Source of the DNA: Gemmatimonadota bacterium
Lineage (GTDB): Bacteria; Gemmatimonadota; Gemmatimonadetes; Gemmatimonadales; GWC2-71-9
Assembly: GCA_031394255.1 (NCBI GenBank)
Contig: JANMXA010000042.1
Coordinates: forward strand, 157,991 to 221,990
DNA: 64,000 nt
Direction of reading: 5' to 3'
Of this stretch, positions 8,848 through 17,661 are shown in pieces; position 1 is the stretch's first letter; each line of letters starts with the position of its first letter. The notes beneath the pieces were generated by a model. That model had not been told where the DNA came from. It made no database searches and saw nothing but the letters and a program-made list of their open reading frames with translations. Both the position numbers and the translations under genes were made by a program.

Positions 8848-8979
8848 AACCCGCGATCAGTACCGCAAGCCCCGCCCACCACCGTTGATCCAGCATCGAG
8901 CACCTCCTGGTGATTCCCACAGGGACCATAGTCCGTTCGTTGTGAAGAGAATGTGAGAGACCGGCGAAGGAGGCGCCCG

Positions 8980-10047
8980 CTATTTCCAGCGGAATATCCT
9001 GACGGCGAGGGCGGAGCATATGATGAGCCACGCGCTCAGAACGCCGAAGGCGAGCGGCAACTGGAAGACGCTGGCGCCTTCCAGCATGATGGCGCGGAGG
9101 CCGTCGTTCAAGGCGGTGAGGGGAAGGGCCTTGATGAACGGTTGCATGGCGTCGGGGAAGTTTCCCGACGAAAAAAACACGCCGGAAAACACCCACATTG
9201 GCAGCATTACGAAGTTCATCAGGCCGGATGCGGCTTCGACCGTTTTGGGCCGGGCGGCGATGAGGAGACCCAACCCGCTGAAGGCCATCGCGCCGAGCAG
9301 GCAGAGCGATACCAGGCCCGGAATCGACCCCCGCAACGGCACGCCGAATACCAGCACGCCGAAACTGACCAGGAATCCGATCTCGATGACTAGCAACGTG
9401 AGACGGGCAAGCACGAACGACGCGAGATACCCGGCCCGGGACATCGGTGTGGCGATGAAGCGGCGGAGCAGCTTCTTCCGTCGCTGATCGACGACCGAGA
9501 ACCCGATGCCCCACATGCTGCTGGCCATCAGGTTCATGCCCAGCAAGCCGGGAATCAGAAAGTCGATGTAGCGCGATCCCCGGTCTCGCACGAGGGCGTT
9601 GGTGACTGGAACCGGATCCTGCCGTCCCGCCGACCGCTGGAGCACATCATCGACGACGCGCCGGGCGGCCACCGCCTCGGGGCGAGTATCGTCGAAGCGG
9701 TATTCGATTCGGGCGTTGTCTGATGGCACCACCAGCAATGCCACTTTGCCGGTCCGCAACAGACGGCTCGCGGCCGAGTCGTCGACCTCCCGGACGTCCA
9801 GCAGTGTTTCGGCTCGGAGACCGGACGCCACCGAGGCAAACGATCCGGTCTTCACTACCCCGATCTTCGCCACGTCCGGTGGCCTGCTGCGGAACGCCAG
9901 TCCCAGTCCCGCCGCCATCAGCAGCGGGAACACGAACGTCCAGAACATGGCCTCGGGCTCCCGGTAGAATTCTCTATACCGGGCCAGTGTCAGCTGGACG
10001 ATGGCGCGCTCCCGCCACGAACGGGCCCCTCGGGTCTTCTCAACCAT
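8980..10047 (-). CDS. ABC-2 type transporter permease
   Basis: 355 aa. One N-terminal TM, a large loop, then a six-TM bundle typical of ABC-2 exporters. Its start overlaps the ATPase stop by 8 nt. Confidence 0.85.
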   Translation of the reverse strand: MVEKTRGARSWRERAIVQLTLARYREFYREPEAMFWTFVFPLLMAAGLGLAFRSRPPDVAKIGVVKTGSFASVASGLRAETLLDVREVDDSAASRLLRTGKVALLVVPSDNARIEYRFDDTRPEAVAARRVVDDVLQRSAGRQDPVPVTNALVRDRGSRYIDFLIPGLLGMNLMASSMWGIGFSVVDQRRKKLLRRFIATPMSRAGYLASFVLARLTLLVIEIGFLVSFGVLVFGVPLRGSIPGLVSLCLLGAMAFSGLGLLIAARPKTVEAASGLMNFVMLPMWVFSGVFFSSGNFPDAMQPFIKALPLTALNDGLRAIMLEGASVFQLPLAFGVLSAWLIICSALAVRIFRWK

Positions 10048-10972
10048 CGCGGAGGTGGCGCCCGGTCAGGTGCACGAAGACATCCTCGAGGGTGGCGGTG
10101 TGGGTCGTGAGTTCGCTGAGGGCACTCTCGCGCCCGTTCAGCAGCCGGAGCAGTGCCGGAATGGACTGATGGATCATGGTCACGTCGAGCTGATATCGAC
10201 CCTGGTCGATCCGGACGCCGGTGACGCCCGGCAGTGCCGCGAGTTCTGCCTCGCCCACGGCCAGGCCCTCGAGCCTGAATTCCACGACGTGTTCAGTCCC
10301 CAGCTGCGAAATCAGATGCCTTGGGGTGTCCTGCGCGATGATCTTGCCATGGTCGACAATCGCGACGCGATCGCACAGATGTTCCGCCTCGTCCATGTAG
10401 TGGGTGGTAATGACGACTGTGCGCCCTTCCGCCTTGAACCGCCCGATCAGTTCCCAGAGCTGGCGGCGTGATTGCGGGTCCAGGCCGGTCGTCGGCTCAT
10501 CGAGGAAGAAGAGATCAGGATCACCGACCAGAGCACACGCCAGCGCGAGACGCTGCTTCTGCCCACCGGACAATTGTCCGACCCGGGTGCCCCGCTTTTC
10601 ACCGAGTTGAACCGCCGCAATCACGTCGTCGACGGGCCGACGGCGGGGGTAGAAGCTGTGAAACAGCCGAATGGTTTCCTCGACCGTGAGCTTTTCCGTC
10701 AGCTGGGTTTCCTGCAGCGAAATCCCGATCGCGGCGCGGATTCCGAGGGGATCGTCGCGGTGGCGCATGCCGAGAACGACCACGTCGCCCGCGTCCGGGT
10801 CGGTCAGGCCTTCGCAAATCTCGATGGTGGTCGTCTTGCCCGCTCCATTGGGGCCGAGCAGGCCGAAGCACTCACCGCGAGCGACCTCGAGATCGAGGCC
10901 GTCCACCGCCGTGACGTTGCCGTACCGCTTTACGAGGCCTCTGATCGAGAGGGCCGGCGTCGTCGCGGTCAC
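10040..10972 (-). CDS. ABC transporter ATP-binding protein (DrrA/CcmA-like)
   Basis: Walker A GPNGAGKTT, signature LSGGQKQRL, Walker B LFFLDEPT. Confidence 0.9.
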   Translation of the reverse strand: MTATTPALSIRGLVKRYGNVTAVDGLDLEVARGECFGLLGPNGAGKTTTIEICEGLTDPDAGDVVVLGMRHRDDPLGIRAAIGISLQETQLTEKLTVEETIRLFHSFYPRRRPVDDVIAAVQLGEKRGTRVGQLSGGQKQRLALACALVGDPDLFFLDEPTTGLDPQSRRQLWELIGRFKAEGRTVVITTHYMDEAEHLCDRVAIVDHGKIIAQDTPRHLISQLGTEHVVEFRLEGLAVGEAELAALPGVTGVRIDQGRYQLDVTMIHQSIPALLRLLNGRESALSELTTHTATLEDVFVHLTGRHLRDG

Positions 10973-11313
10973 CGTGCTGAGACCCGGGGTCCAGCCGGTG
11001 TTGGAGTCGCCTCCCGCTGGCCCGCCAGGAGCCGCTCGGTGAAATCGATCCGATTCTCGAGTTCGGCGACCCGGGCGGTCAGCATCTCGATATCCCCGAG
11101 GCGGGCCTCCAGATCCGCCTGGAGCCCGGCCACCATGCGACGACTCGATGATCGAAGCGGCCGCGGATCGTCATTGCGATCCCAGCCATCGACACGCCAC
11201 CACCGCCGGCGACTCGAACTCCAGCCAACGCTCCACCGAACCGCCGGCACAATGACAAACACCACCCAGAACAGGGACCAGAATCCCGAGAGACCGGCCA
11301 GTGCGTGTCCCAT
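10969..11313 (-). CDS. Small single-pass membrane protein with a C-terminal coiled coil (PspB-like topology), function unknown
   Basis: ORF 10969..11379 trimmed to the ATG at 11313, preceded by GAGGAGG. TM segment GLSGFWSLFWVVFVIVPAV, Arg/Trp-rich linker, amphipathic LEARLGDIEMLTARVAELENRIDFTERLL. 4-nt overlap with the ATPase gene. Confidence 0.6.
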   Translation of the reverse strand: MGHALAGLSGFWSLFWVVFVIVPAVRWSVGWSSSRRRWWRVDGWDRNDDPRPLRSSSRRMVAGLQADLEARLGDIEMLTARVAELENRIDFTERLLAGQREATPTPAGPRVSAR

Positions 11314-11323
11314 TGCAGCCTCC

Positions 11324-11911
11324 TCAGGCCTTTTCCCATTCGCGTTCGATTTCGTCGGCCGCCCGTTTGAGGATCTCAACGATCCGGGGCACAGCCGGGT
11401 GATCGCCGCCCCACCGCCAGGCGCGCTTGTAGGTCATTCCCGCGAGCCGGGTAAAGGCGTGGTTGAGATCCCCCATCTGGCCGCCGGCGAAGTCCCGCAC
11501 GGTGTCCCGCACCCTGTCGAAGATGTCGTCGAGCAAATCACGATTGTCCTCGAGAAATTTTTCCCCTTCAGGCGTGATGTGGTAGACCTTCTTGCCGTCT
11601 TCGTCCACCGCCCGGACATAGCCCTGATCCTCGAGCAGCTGGAGCGTCGGGTAGACCGTTCCGGCCGACGGCGTGTAGCAGCCGTGGAGCCGCTCCTCCA
11701 GGGCCTTGATGACCTCGTAGCCATGCCGGGGCTTCTCGCGCAGGAGCCGGAGGATGACAAACTTTACTTCCCCTGACTCGAACATCTGGCGCCGCCGCCG
11801 GCCCCAATTCCGTTGGCCGCCCGGGCCCCCGGACCGGAATTCGAACTTGCTGGGATCGAAGGCAAACCCAAAAATGTTACCTAAACCCCAATCATCATGA
11901 TCTTTAGCCAT
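11324..11911 (-). CDS. PadR-family transcriptional regulator
   Basis: ORF trimmed to the ATG at 11911 (AGGAGA upstream). Winged-helix core FVILRLLREKPRHGYEVIKALEERLHGCYTPSAGTVYPTLQLLEDQGYV. Confidence 0.85.
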   Translation of the reverse strand: MAKDHDDWGLGNIFGFAFDPSKFEFRSGGPGGQRNWGRRRRQMFESGEVKFVILRLLREKPRHGYEVIKALEERLHGCYTPSAGTVYPTLQLLEDQGYVRAVDEDGKKVYHITPEGEKFLEDNRDLLDDIFDRVRDTVRDFAGGQMGDLNHAFTRLAGMTYKRAWRWGGDHPAVPRIVEILKRAADEIEREWEKA

Positions 11912-11969
11912 TGTGTGTCTCCTGAGGAACCGACGCGATTTAAATCGACGCAAGTACGCGCATTGTGTC

Positions 11970-12023
11970 GTACGATATATCGTACAAATTGTTTTCAGAC
12001 ATGTCAAATATATCGTGTGACAT
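11970..12023. promoter_or_regulatory. Two palindromic operator candidates in the PadR / ABC divergent intergenic region
   Basis: Perfect 16-bp palindrome GTACGATATATCGTAC (11970-11985) and ATGTCA-N11-TGACAT (12001-12023). Both contain ATATATCGT (11975 and 12008, 33 bp apart). Local GC drop. Confidence 0.5.
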
Positions 12024-12125
12024 AGCTTGTTGTTCCACTGTGAAACTGGTCGCGACGCCCGCCCGTAGGGCCGCTTTGTTCAGCCGACCGAATACCACTC
12101 CATCCATCTGCACTGGAGGCGCGCC

Positions 12126-13094
12126 GTGCCCAACGACGCGAACGACGTTGTCATCCGCACCGCCGGACTCTCGAAGCACTACCGAGGAGTCGAAGCCCTG
12201 CAGGGGCTCGACCTCGAGGTGCGCCGCAATTCGATCTTCGGATTCCTCGGCCCGAACGGCGCCGGCAAGACGACGACCATCAAGCTTCTGCTGGGACTGG
12301 CCCGTCCGACGGCCGGCTCCGCGACGCTCTTCGGCCTCGACAGCGAGCGCGACACGCTCGAAGTCCGGCGAAAGATCGGCTACCTCGCACAGGATCCCCG
12401 GTACTACGACTATATGACTGCGCGGGAAACCCTCCGATTCACGGCCCGATTTTTCTTTTCCGGTCCGGGGGCCGATTTGGAGCGCCACCTCTCGGAGACC
12501 CTCGATCTGGTCGGGCTCGCGGACAAGGCCGATCGTCCGATCCGCGGCTTTTCCGGCGGCGAGCGGCAGCGACTCGGCATTGCGCAGGCCCAGATCGCCA
12601 GGCCGGAGTTGCTGATTCTCGACGAACCAGCCGCGTCACTGGATCCGATGGGTCGTCGCGACGTACTGGAGGTGATGGCGCGGCTCAGGAGTCACACGAC
12701 GATCTTTTATTCGACCCACATCCTCGAAGACGTTCAACGGGTCAGCGACACCGTGGCGATTCTCAACCAGGGCCGCCTGATCGCCCAGGCGCCGATCGGG
12801 GAACTTCTCGCCGGCTCTGGCCACACCACTTATACGGTCGAGTTGTCTGGCAACATCGAGTCTGCCCGTCGGCGAGTCGCCGGACTGCCCTGGGTACTAT
12901 CGCTGGACGAAACATCGATCAGCCCTGATACGACCCGTTGGCAGGTTGCCGTGGGTGACGAGCACGCGGCTGATCAGGCGCTCGCCAGAACCATCCTGGC
13001 CGACGAATCCACCCGGCTTCGGGCGTTCGGACGCCGCCGGTACCAGCTGGAAGAGGTATTCATGAACTTGATCGAAGGGGAGAGCGCCCGATGA
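12126..13094 (+). CDS. ABC transporter ATP-binding protein
   Basis: GTG start with GGAGG 6 nt upstream. Walker A GPNGAGKTTT, signature FSGGERQRL, Walker B LLILDEPA. Confidence 0.9.
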   Translation: MPNDANDVVIRTAGLSKHYRGVEALQGLDLEVRRNSIFGFLGPNGAGKTTTIKLLLGLARPTAGSATLFGLDSERDTLEVRRKIGYLAQDPRYYDYMTARETLRFTARFFFSGPGADLERHLSETLDLVGLADKADRPIRGFSGGERQRLGIAQAQIARPELLILDEPAASLDPMGRRDVLEVMARLRSHTTIFYSTHILEDVQRVSDTVAILNQGRLIAQAPIGELLAGSGHTTYTVELSGNIESARRRVAGLPWVLSLDETSISPDTTRWQVAVGDEHAADQALARTILADESTRLRAFGRRRYQLEEVFMNLIEGESAR

Positions 13095-13870
13095 CGCTCA
13101 ATCAAACCAAGAATCGAGGTTGGTCGACTGGCTTCGGCAACCTGATGAATAAGGAGCTGCGTTCGTGGTGGGGAACGCGGCGGTGGTTGGTGCATCTCGG
13201 CCTGTGGCTCACGATCGAGACCGGTTTCATCCTTCTGATTGCCCTCGAGGGGCGACACGAGATGACGCCGGCGAAGGGACTGGCGGAAACCATGCAAGTC
13301 TTCTTCCAGGCCGGTGGCTTCTTCGCATTGATCGGTGCCGTGCTCGTGACCCAGGGAGCAATTGTGGGCGAGCGCAGTTCCGGAACAGCGGCTTGGGTCC
13401 TGACCAAGCCAACGACCCGCCCCGCGTTCGTGCTGTCGAAATTCGTCGCCATTACGGCCACCTTCCTCCTTCTGTCGCTCGTGGTGCCGGCGATTGGCGT
13501 ATCGGTGGTCATCAAGCTGATCTGGCATACCCTCCCAGAAGCGCCCCATTTTCTCGAGGCGTTAGGGATCCTGGCCCTTCACCAGACCTTCTATATCGCG
13601 CTGACCCTGATGCTCGGCACCCTGTTCAGTTCCCGGGGTCCGGTCTCGGGGTTGGCGCTGGGATTCTGGGTGGCCGGCAACATCGCCCCGAATCTTCTCC
13701 CCAAGTGGATCGTGCTCAGCATGCCTTGGATGCTGGCGCAGGGAGCGTCCGCGATCGCAACCTGGCAACCACTACCGGCCCCATTGTGGATTCCGGCCAC
13801 GGCGACCGCGGGATGGATCGTTCTGGCCCTGGCTGTAGCGGTCTGGCGGTTCGGGCGGGAGGAGTTCTAG
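13091..13870 (+). CDS. ABC-2 family permease (six predicted TM)
   Basis: ATGA overlap with the ATPase gene. Hydrophobic throughout with six hydrophobic spans. Confidence 0.8.
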   Translation: MTLNQTKNRGWSTGFGNLMNKELRSWWGTRRWLVHLGLWLTIETGFILLIALEGRHEMTPAKGLAETMQVFFQAGGFFALIGAVLVTQGAIVGERSSGTAAWVLTKPTTRPAFVLSKFVAITATFLLLSLVVPAIGVSVVIKLIWHTLPEAPHFLEALGILALHQTFYIALTLMLGTLFSSRGPVSGLALGFWVAGNIAPNLLPKWIVLSMPWMLAQGASAIATWQPLPAPLWIPATATAGWIVLALAVAVWRFGREEF

Positions 13871-13948
13871 CGTCGGATTGCCTTGCCAAACGCCTCACCG
13901 GTCCAGAGATTCGGAGCGGCCCCGAATGTTCCCCGACGAGAGGCGTTC

Positions 13949-15829
13949 ATGTCCTTCCACATTTCGAGCTCTTTCCGGGAGCTGGTCCGGGTCGCGGTAG
14001 CGTCCGCGCTGCTGGCGTTGCCGGCTGCCGCCCAAACTCCAGGCAACCAGACCCCCGGGCTTCGGGCGGACTACGTCAAGCGGGCCGAGATGGTCCGGAT
14101 GCGAGACGGCGTCTCGCTGTACACGGAAATCTTCACTCCCGCCCAGCATACCGGATCGCTGCCCATCCTGATGGAGCGAACGCCGTATAACGCGACGCTG
14201 GTCGGTCCGCGCCTTGGCAATCGATACAAAGTGCTGGCGGATGACGGGTACATCTTCGTCTTCCAGGACGTGCGGGGCAAATACGGCTCGGAAGGCACTT
14301 TCATCATGATCCGGCCGCCCCGTGACCCCAAACGCGGTGAGACCGTCGACGAAGGGACCGATACCAACGACACGATCGACTGGCTGCTCAAGAACGTACC
14401 CGGGCACAATGGCCGAGTCGGCATGGTGGGCATCTCGTACGGTGGGTGGCTCACAATGATGGCCCTCGTCGAGCCACACCCTGCGCTCAAGGCGGCGTCG
14501 CCCCAGGCTTCGCCGGACGACATGTACCTCGGCGATGATTTCCATCACAACGGCACCTTTCGGCTGAGCTACGGATTCGAATATGTGGCGAGTCTCGAAG
14601 CCGGCCGGATCAGCGAGCCGTTCCGCTTCGATCGAGCGGACACCTTCGAGTGGTTCCTCAAACTGGGCGGCCTCGCCAATGCCGATGGGCGCTATTTCAA
14701 AGGCCAGCGCCCGACCTGGACCGATTTTGTCACCCATCCGAACTTCGACGAATTCTGGCAACGGAGGAAGGTGAGTCCGGTCTTCGCCCACAAGCCGGTT
14801 ACGGTGCCGACGCTGACCGTGGCGGGCTGGTGGGATCAGGAAGATTTCTACGGGCCGCTGACCATCTACCAGGCGATGGAGCCGAATGACACCAAAGGGA
14901 TCAACCACATCGTCATTGGTCCCTGGAACCACGGCGGCTGGGCCCGTGGCGAGGGTTCGACCCTTGGCCCAATCCAATTTGGCACCAATACGTCCGCCTG
15001 GTTCCGGGAGACCGTTGAAGGACCGTGGTTTGCGCACTGGCTCAAGGACCGTGGCTCGCTGGACCTCCCCGAAGCCCTCACGTTCCGGCCCGGTGACAAC
15101 ACCTGGCAGCGTCACGACCACTGGCCGCCCCGCACCGGCGTCACGGCGAAATCGCTTTACCTCCAGCCGGACGGGGGACTCGCCTGGCAGGCCCCTGCGG
15201 CCGGGTCGCCGTTTACGGCCTACGTCTCGGACCCCAGCCGGCCGGTCCCGTACCGTCAACGGCCGGTTGTACCGCTCTATGGCGGCAAGGTGCCCTCGAG
15301 TTGGCCGCTGTGGCAGGTTGATGATCAGCGACACGCCCACTTGCGACCAGACGTGCTGAGCTTCGACTCCGGGACCCTGAAGGCCGACGTGACCATCACC
15401 GGTCAGGTTGCGGCCCGCCTGTTTGCGGCCACCACCGGTACCGACGCGGACTGGGTCGTCAAGCTGATCGACGTCTATCCGGAGGACGTGCCGGACGCCC
15501 CCCAGATGGGGGGCTATCAGCTGATGGTGGTCAACGACGTGTTCCGGGCCCGGTACCGGAACAGCTACGAGAAACCTGCAGCCGTGGTCGCCAACCAGGT
15601 GAATGCATACGTGGTTGATCTACATGCGGCAGATTACACGTTCAAGAAGGGTCACCGGATCATGGTCCAGATCCAGAGCACCTGGTTCCCGCTGATCGAC
15701 CGGAATCCCCAACGATTCGTTCCCAACATCTTTCTTGCCAAGGACGCCGACTTCATGACCGCCACGCAGCGCATCTACCACTCAGCGCGGTATCCCAGCC
15801 GGATCGATGTGTCCGTGGTGGGGCAATGA
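13949..15829 (+). CDS. CocE/NonD-family serine hydrolase (peptidase S15, X-Pro dipeptidyl-peptidase / amino-acid ester hydrolase-like), secreted
   Basis: Trimmed to MSFHISSSFRELVRVAVASALLALPAAAQ (signal peptide). Nucleophile elbow GISYGGW. Conserved WWDQEDFYGP, GPWNHGGW and the C-terminal PepX_C-like TWFPLIDRNPQ. Confidence 0.9.
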   Translation: MSFHISSSFRELVRVAVASALLALPAAAQTPGNQTPGLRADYVKRAEMVRMRDGVSLYTEIFTPAQHTGSLPILMERTPYNATLVGPRLGNRYKVLADDGYIFVFQDVRGKYGSEGTFIMIRPPRDPKRGETVDEGTDTNDTIDWLLKNVPGHNGRVGMVGISYGGWLTMMALVEPHPALKAASPQASPDDMYLGDDFHHNGTFRLSYGFEYVASLEAGRISEPFRFDRADTFEWFLKLGGLANADGRYFKGQRPTWTDFVTHPNFDEFWQRRKVSPVFAHKPVTVPTLTVAGWWDQEDFYGPLTIYQAMEPNDTKGINHIVIGPWNHGGWARGEGSTLGPIQFGTNTSAWFRETVEGPWFAHWLKDRGSLDLPEALTFRPGDNTWQRHDHWPPRTGVTAKSLYLQPDGGLAWQAPAAGSPFTAYVSDPSRPVPYRQRPVVPLYGGKVPSSWPLWQVDDQRHAHLRPDVLSFDSGTLKADVTITGQVAARLFAATTGTDADWVVKLIDVYPEDVPDAPQMGGYQLMVVNDVFRARYRNSYEKPAAVVANQVNAYVVDLHAADYTFKKGHRIMVQIQSTWFPLIDRNPQRFVPNIFLAKDADFMTATQRIYHSARYPSRIDVSVVGQ

Positions 15830-17661
15830 GAACGGCCTGGCTGCTCGCCGCCGCGAGCCTGTTTTCTCTAGCGACTCCGGTCTCCGGCGCCGCCCAGGGT
15901 GATGTCGCCGCCTACGATCATTCCACGGTGATGATCTCGATGCGGGATGGTGTGCGTCTCAACACCGTGGTCTGGCGCCCCAGGGACCAGAGCGGCCCGT
16001 TGCCGATCCTGTTGCAGCGCACTCCGTATGACGCCGAGGGAACCTGCCGCGGGGTGTTCGCGGAGTACGCCTCGATCGTTCGCGAACGCTACTTGCTGGT
16101 CTGCCAGGATCTTCGGGGGAAATACGGATCCGAGGGCCAGTTCTCGATGATCCGTCCCACCCGGGCACCTGGTGATACCAAGGCGATCGACGAGACGACC
16201 GATGCGTACGATACGATCGACTGGCTGGTGAAGAACCTGCCGAACACCAACGGTCGGGTCGGGATGCGAGGGATCTCGTACGACGGCTGGTCGACGATGA
16301 TGGCGTTGCTCGACCCTCATCCGGCGCTCAAAGCCGCGTCGCCCCAGGCGTCGCCGGACGACATGTTTCTAGGAGACGACTTCCATCACAATGGCGCCTT
16401 TCGCCTCAGCTATGGCTTCGAGTACGTCGCGGCGGTCGACGGACAGACCTTTACTCCGTACGCATTTGACCGGCTCGACACCTATGAATGGTTTCTCCGC
16501 CTTGGTGGATTGGCCAACGTCGACGGCAAGTACTTTCATCGCAACAAACCGGCCTGGACCGACTTCACCAGCCACGCGGCCTTCGACGACTACTGGAAGG
16601 CCCGGAAGGTGATTCGTCACCTCACCAGTGTGAAGGTGCCGACGCTCACCGTGGCCGGGTGGTGGGACCAGGAGGATTTCTATGGCCCGCTCACCATCTA
16701 CGAGAAGATGGAATCGCTCGATACCAGGGGGATCAATTATCTCGTGATTGGTCCCTGGAACCACGGGGGCTGGACCGACGAACAAGGCTCGGCCCTGGGT
16801 CCGATCAAGTTCGGCAGCCCGACCAGCGCCTTCTTCCGGGACTCCGTGGAAGCCCGCTGGTTCGCGTATTGGCTCAAGGACAAGGGCACGCTCAACCAGC
16901 CCGAAGCTCTCACCTTCCGGGCCGGTGCCAATGCGTGGCAGCGGCATGATGCATGGCCACCGAAGGCCGGCGTGACGGAGCGGAAGCTCTATTTCGGCTC
17001 GGGCGGGCGCCTGACCTGGACCGCGCCGTCGGCCGGCACGGGGTTCGACAGCTATGTCTCAGACCCTGCCCACCCCGTTCCCTACCGGGCCCGGCCGATC
17101 GTCCCGCTCTACGGCAGCAAACCGCGCTCGTCCTGGCCCCTGTGGCAGGTAGACGATCAACGGCACAGCCATCTTCGGCCCGATGTCCTGAGCTTTGAGA
17201 CCGAACCGCTGGGTGCCGATGTGACGATCAGCGGCAAGGTCCTGGCGCGTCTCTTCGCGTCGACGACCGGTACCGACGCCGACTGGGTCGTCAAGCTGAT
17301 CGACGCCTACCCGGAGGACTTTCCGGCCGACCCGGTGATGGGCGGGTATCAACTCATGGTGGTTGGCGATGTCTTCCGCGGCCGTTTCGTATCGAGCTAC
17401 GAGCGACCCGCGCCCCTCAAACCGAACAAGGTCACCATGTTCCCGGTCGACCTGCACGCCGCGGATTACACCTTCAAGCAGGGCCACCGGATCATGGTGC
17501 AGGTCCAGAGCACCTGGTTTCCCCTGATCGATCGCAACCCGCAGACATTCGTGGCCAACATCTTCGAGGCCCGCGACCGGGACTACCGGAGCGCAACCCA
17601 GCGGATCTACCGGTCGGCGATTTATCCGTCCCACCTCTCCGTTTCCGTGGTCACTCCATGA
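15826..17661 (+). CDS. CocE/NonD-family serine hydrolase (S15), tandem paralogue of the preceding gene
   Basis: ATGA overlap. Signal peptide MRTAWLLAAASLFSLATPVSGAAQG. GISYDGW. Collinear with the upstream paralogue at roughly two-thirds identity by eye. Confidence 0.9.
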   Translation: MRTAWLLAAASLFSLATPVSGAAQGDVAAYDHSTVMISMRDGVRLNTVVWRPRDQSGPLPILLQRTPYDAEGTCRGVFAEYASIVRERYLLVCQDLRGKYGSEGQFSMIRPTRAPGDTKAIDETTDAYDTIDWLVKNLPNTNGRVGMRGISYDGWSTMMALLDPHPALKAASPQASPDDMFLGDDFHHNGAFRLSYGFEYVAAVDGQTFTPYAFDRLDTYEWFLRLGGLANVDGKYFHRNKPAWTDFTSHAAFDDYWKARKVIRHLTSVKVPTLTVAGWWDQEDFYGPLTIYEKMESLDTRGINYLVIGPWNHGGWTDEQGSALGPIKFGSPTSAFFRDSVEARWFAYWLKDKGTLNQPEALTFRAGANAWQRHDAWPPKAGVTERKLYFGSGGRLTWTAPSAGTGFDSYVSDPAHPVPYRARPIVPLYGSKPRSSWPLWQVDDQRHSHLRPDVLSFETEPLGADVTISGKVLARLFASTTGTDADWVVKLIDAYPEDFPADPVMGGYQLMVVGDVFRGRFVSSYERPAPLKPNKVTMFPVDLHAADYTFKQGHRIMVQVQSTWFPLIDRNPQTFVANIFEARDRDYRSATQRIYRSAIYPSHLSVSVVTP

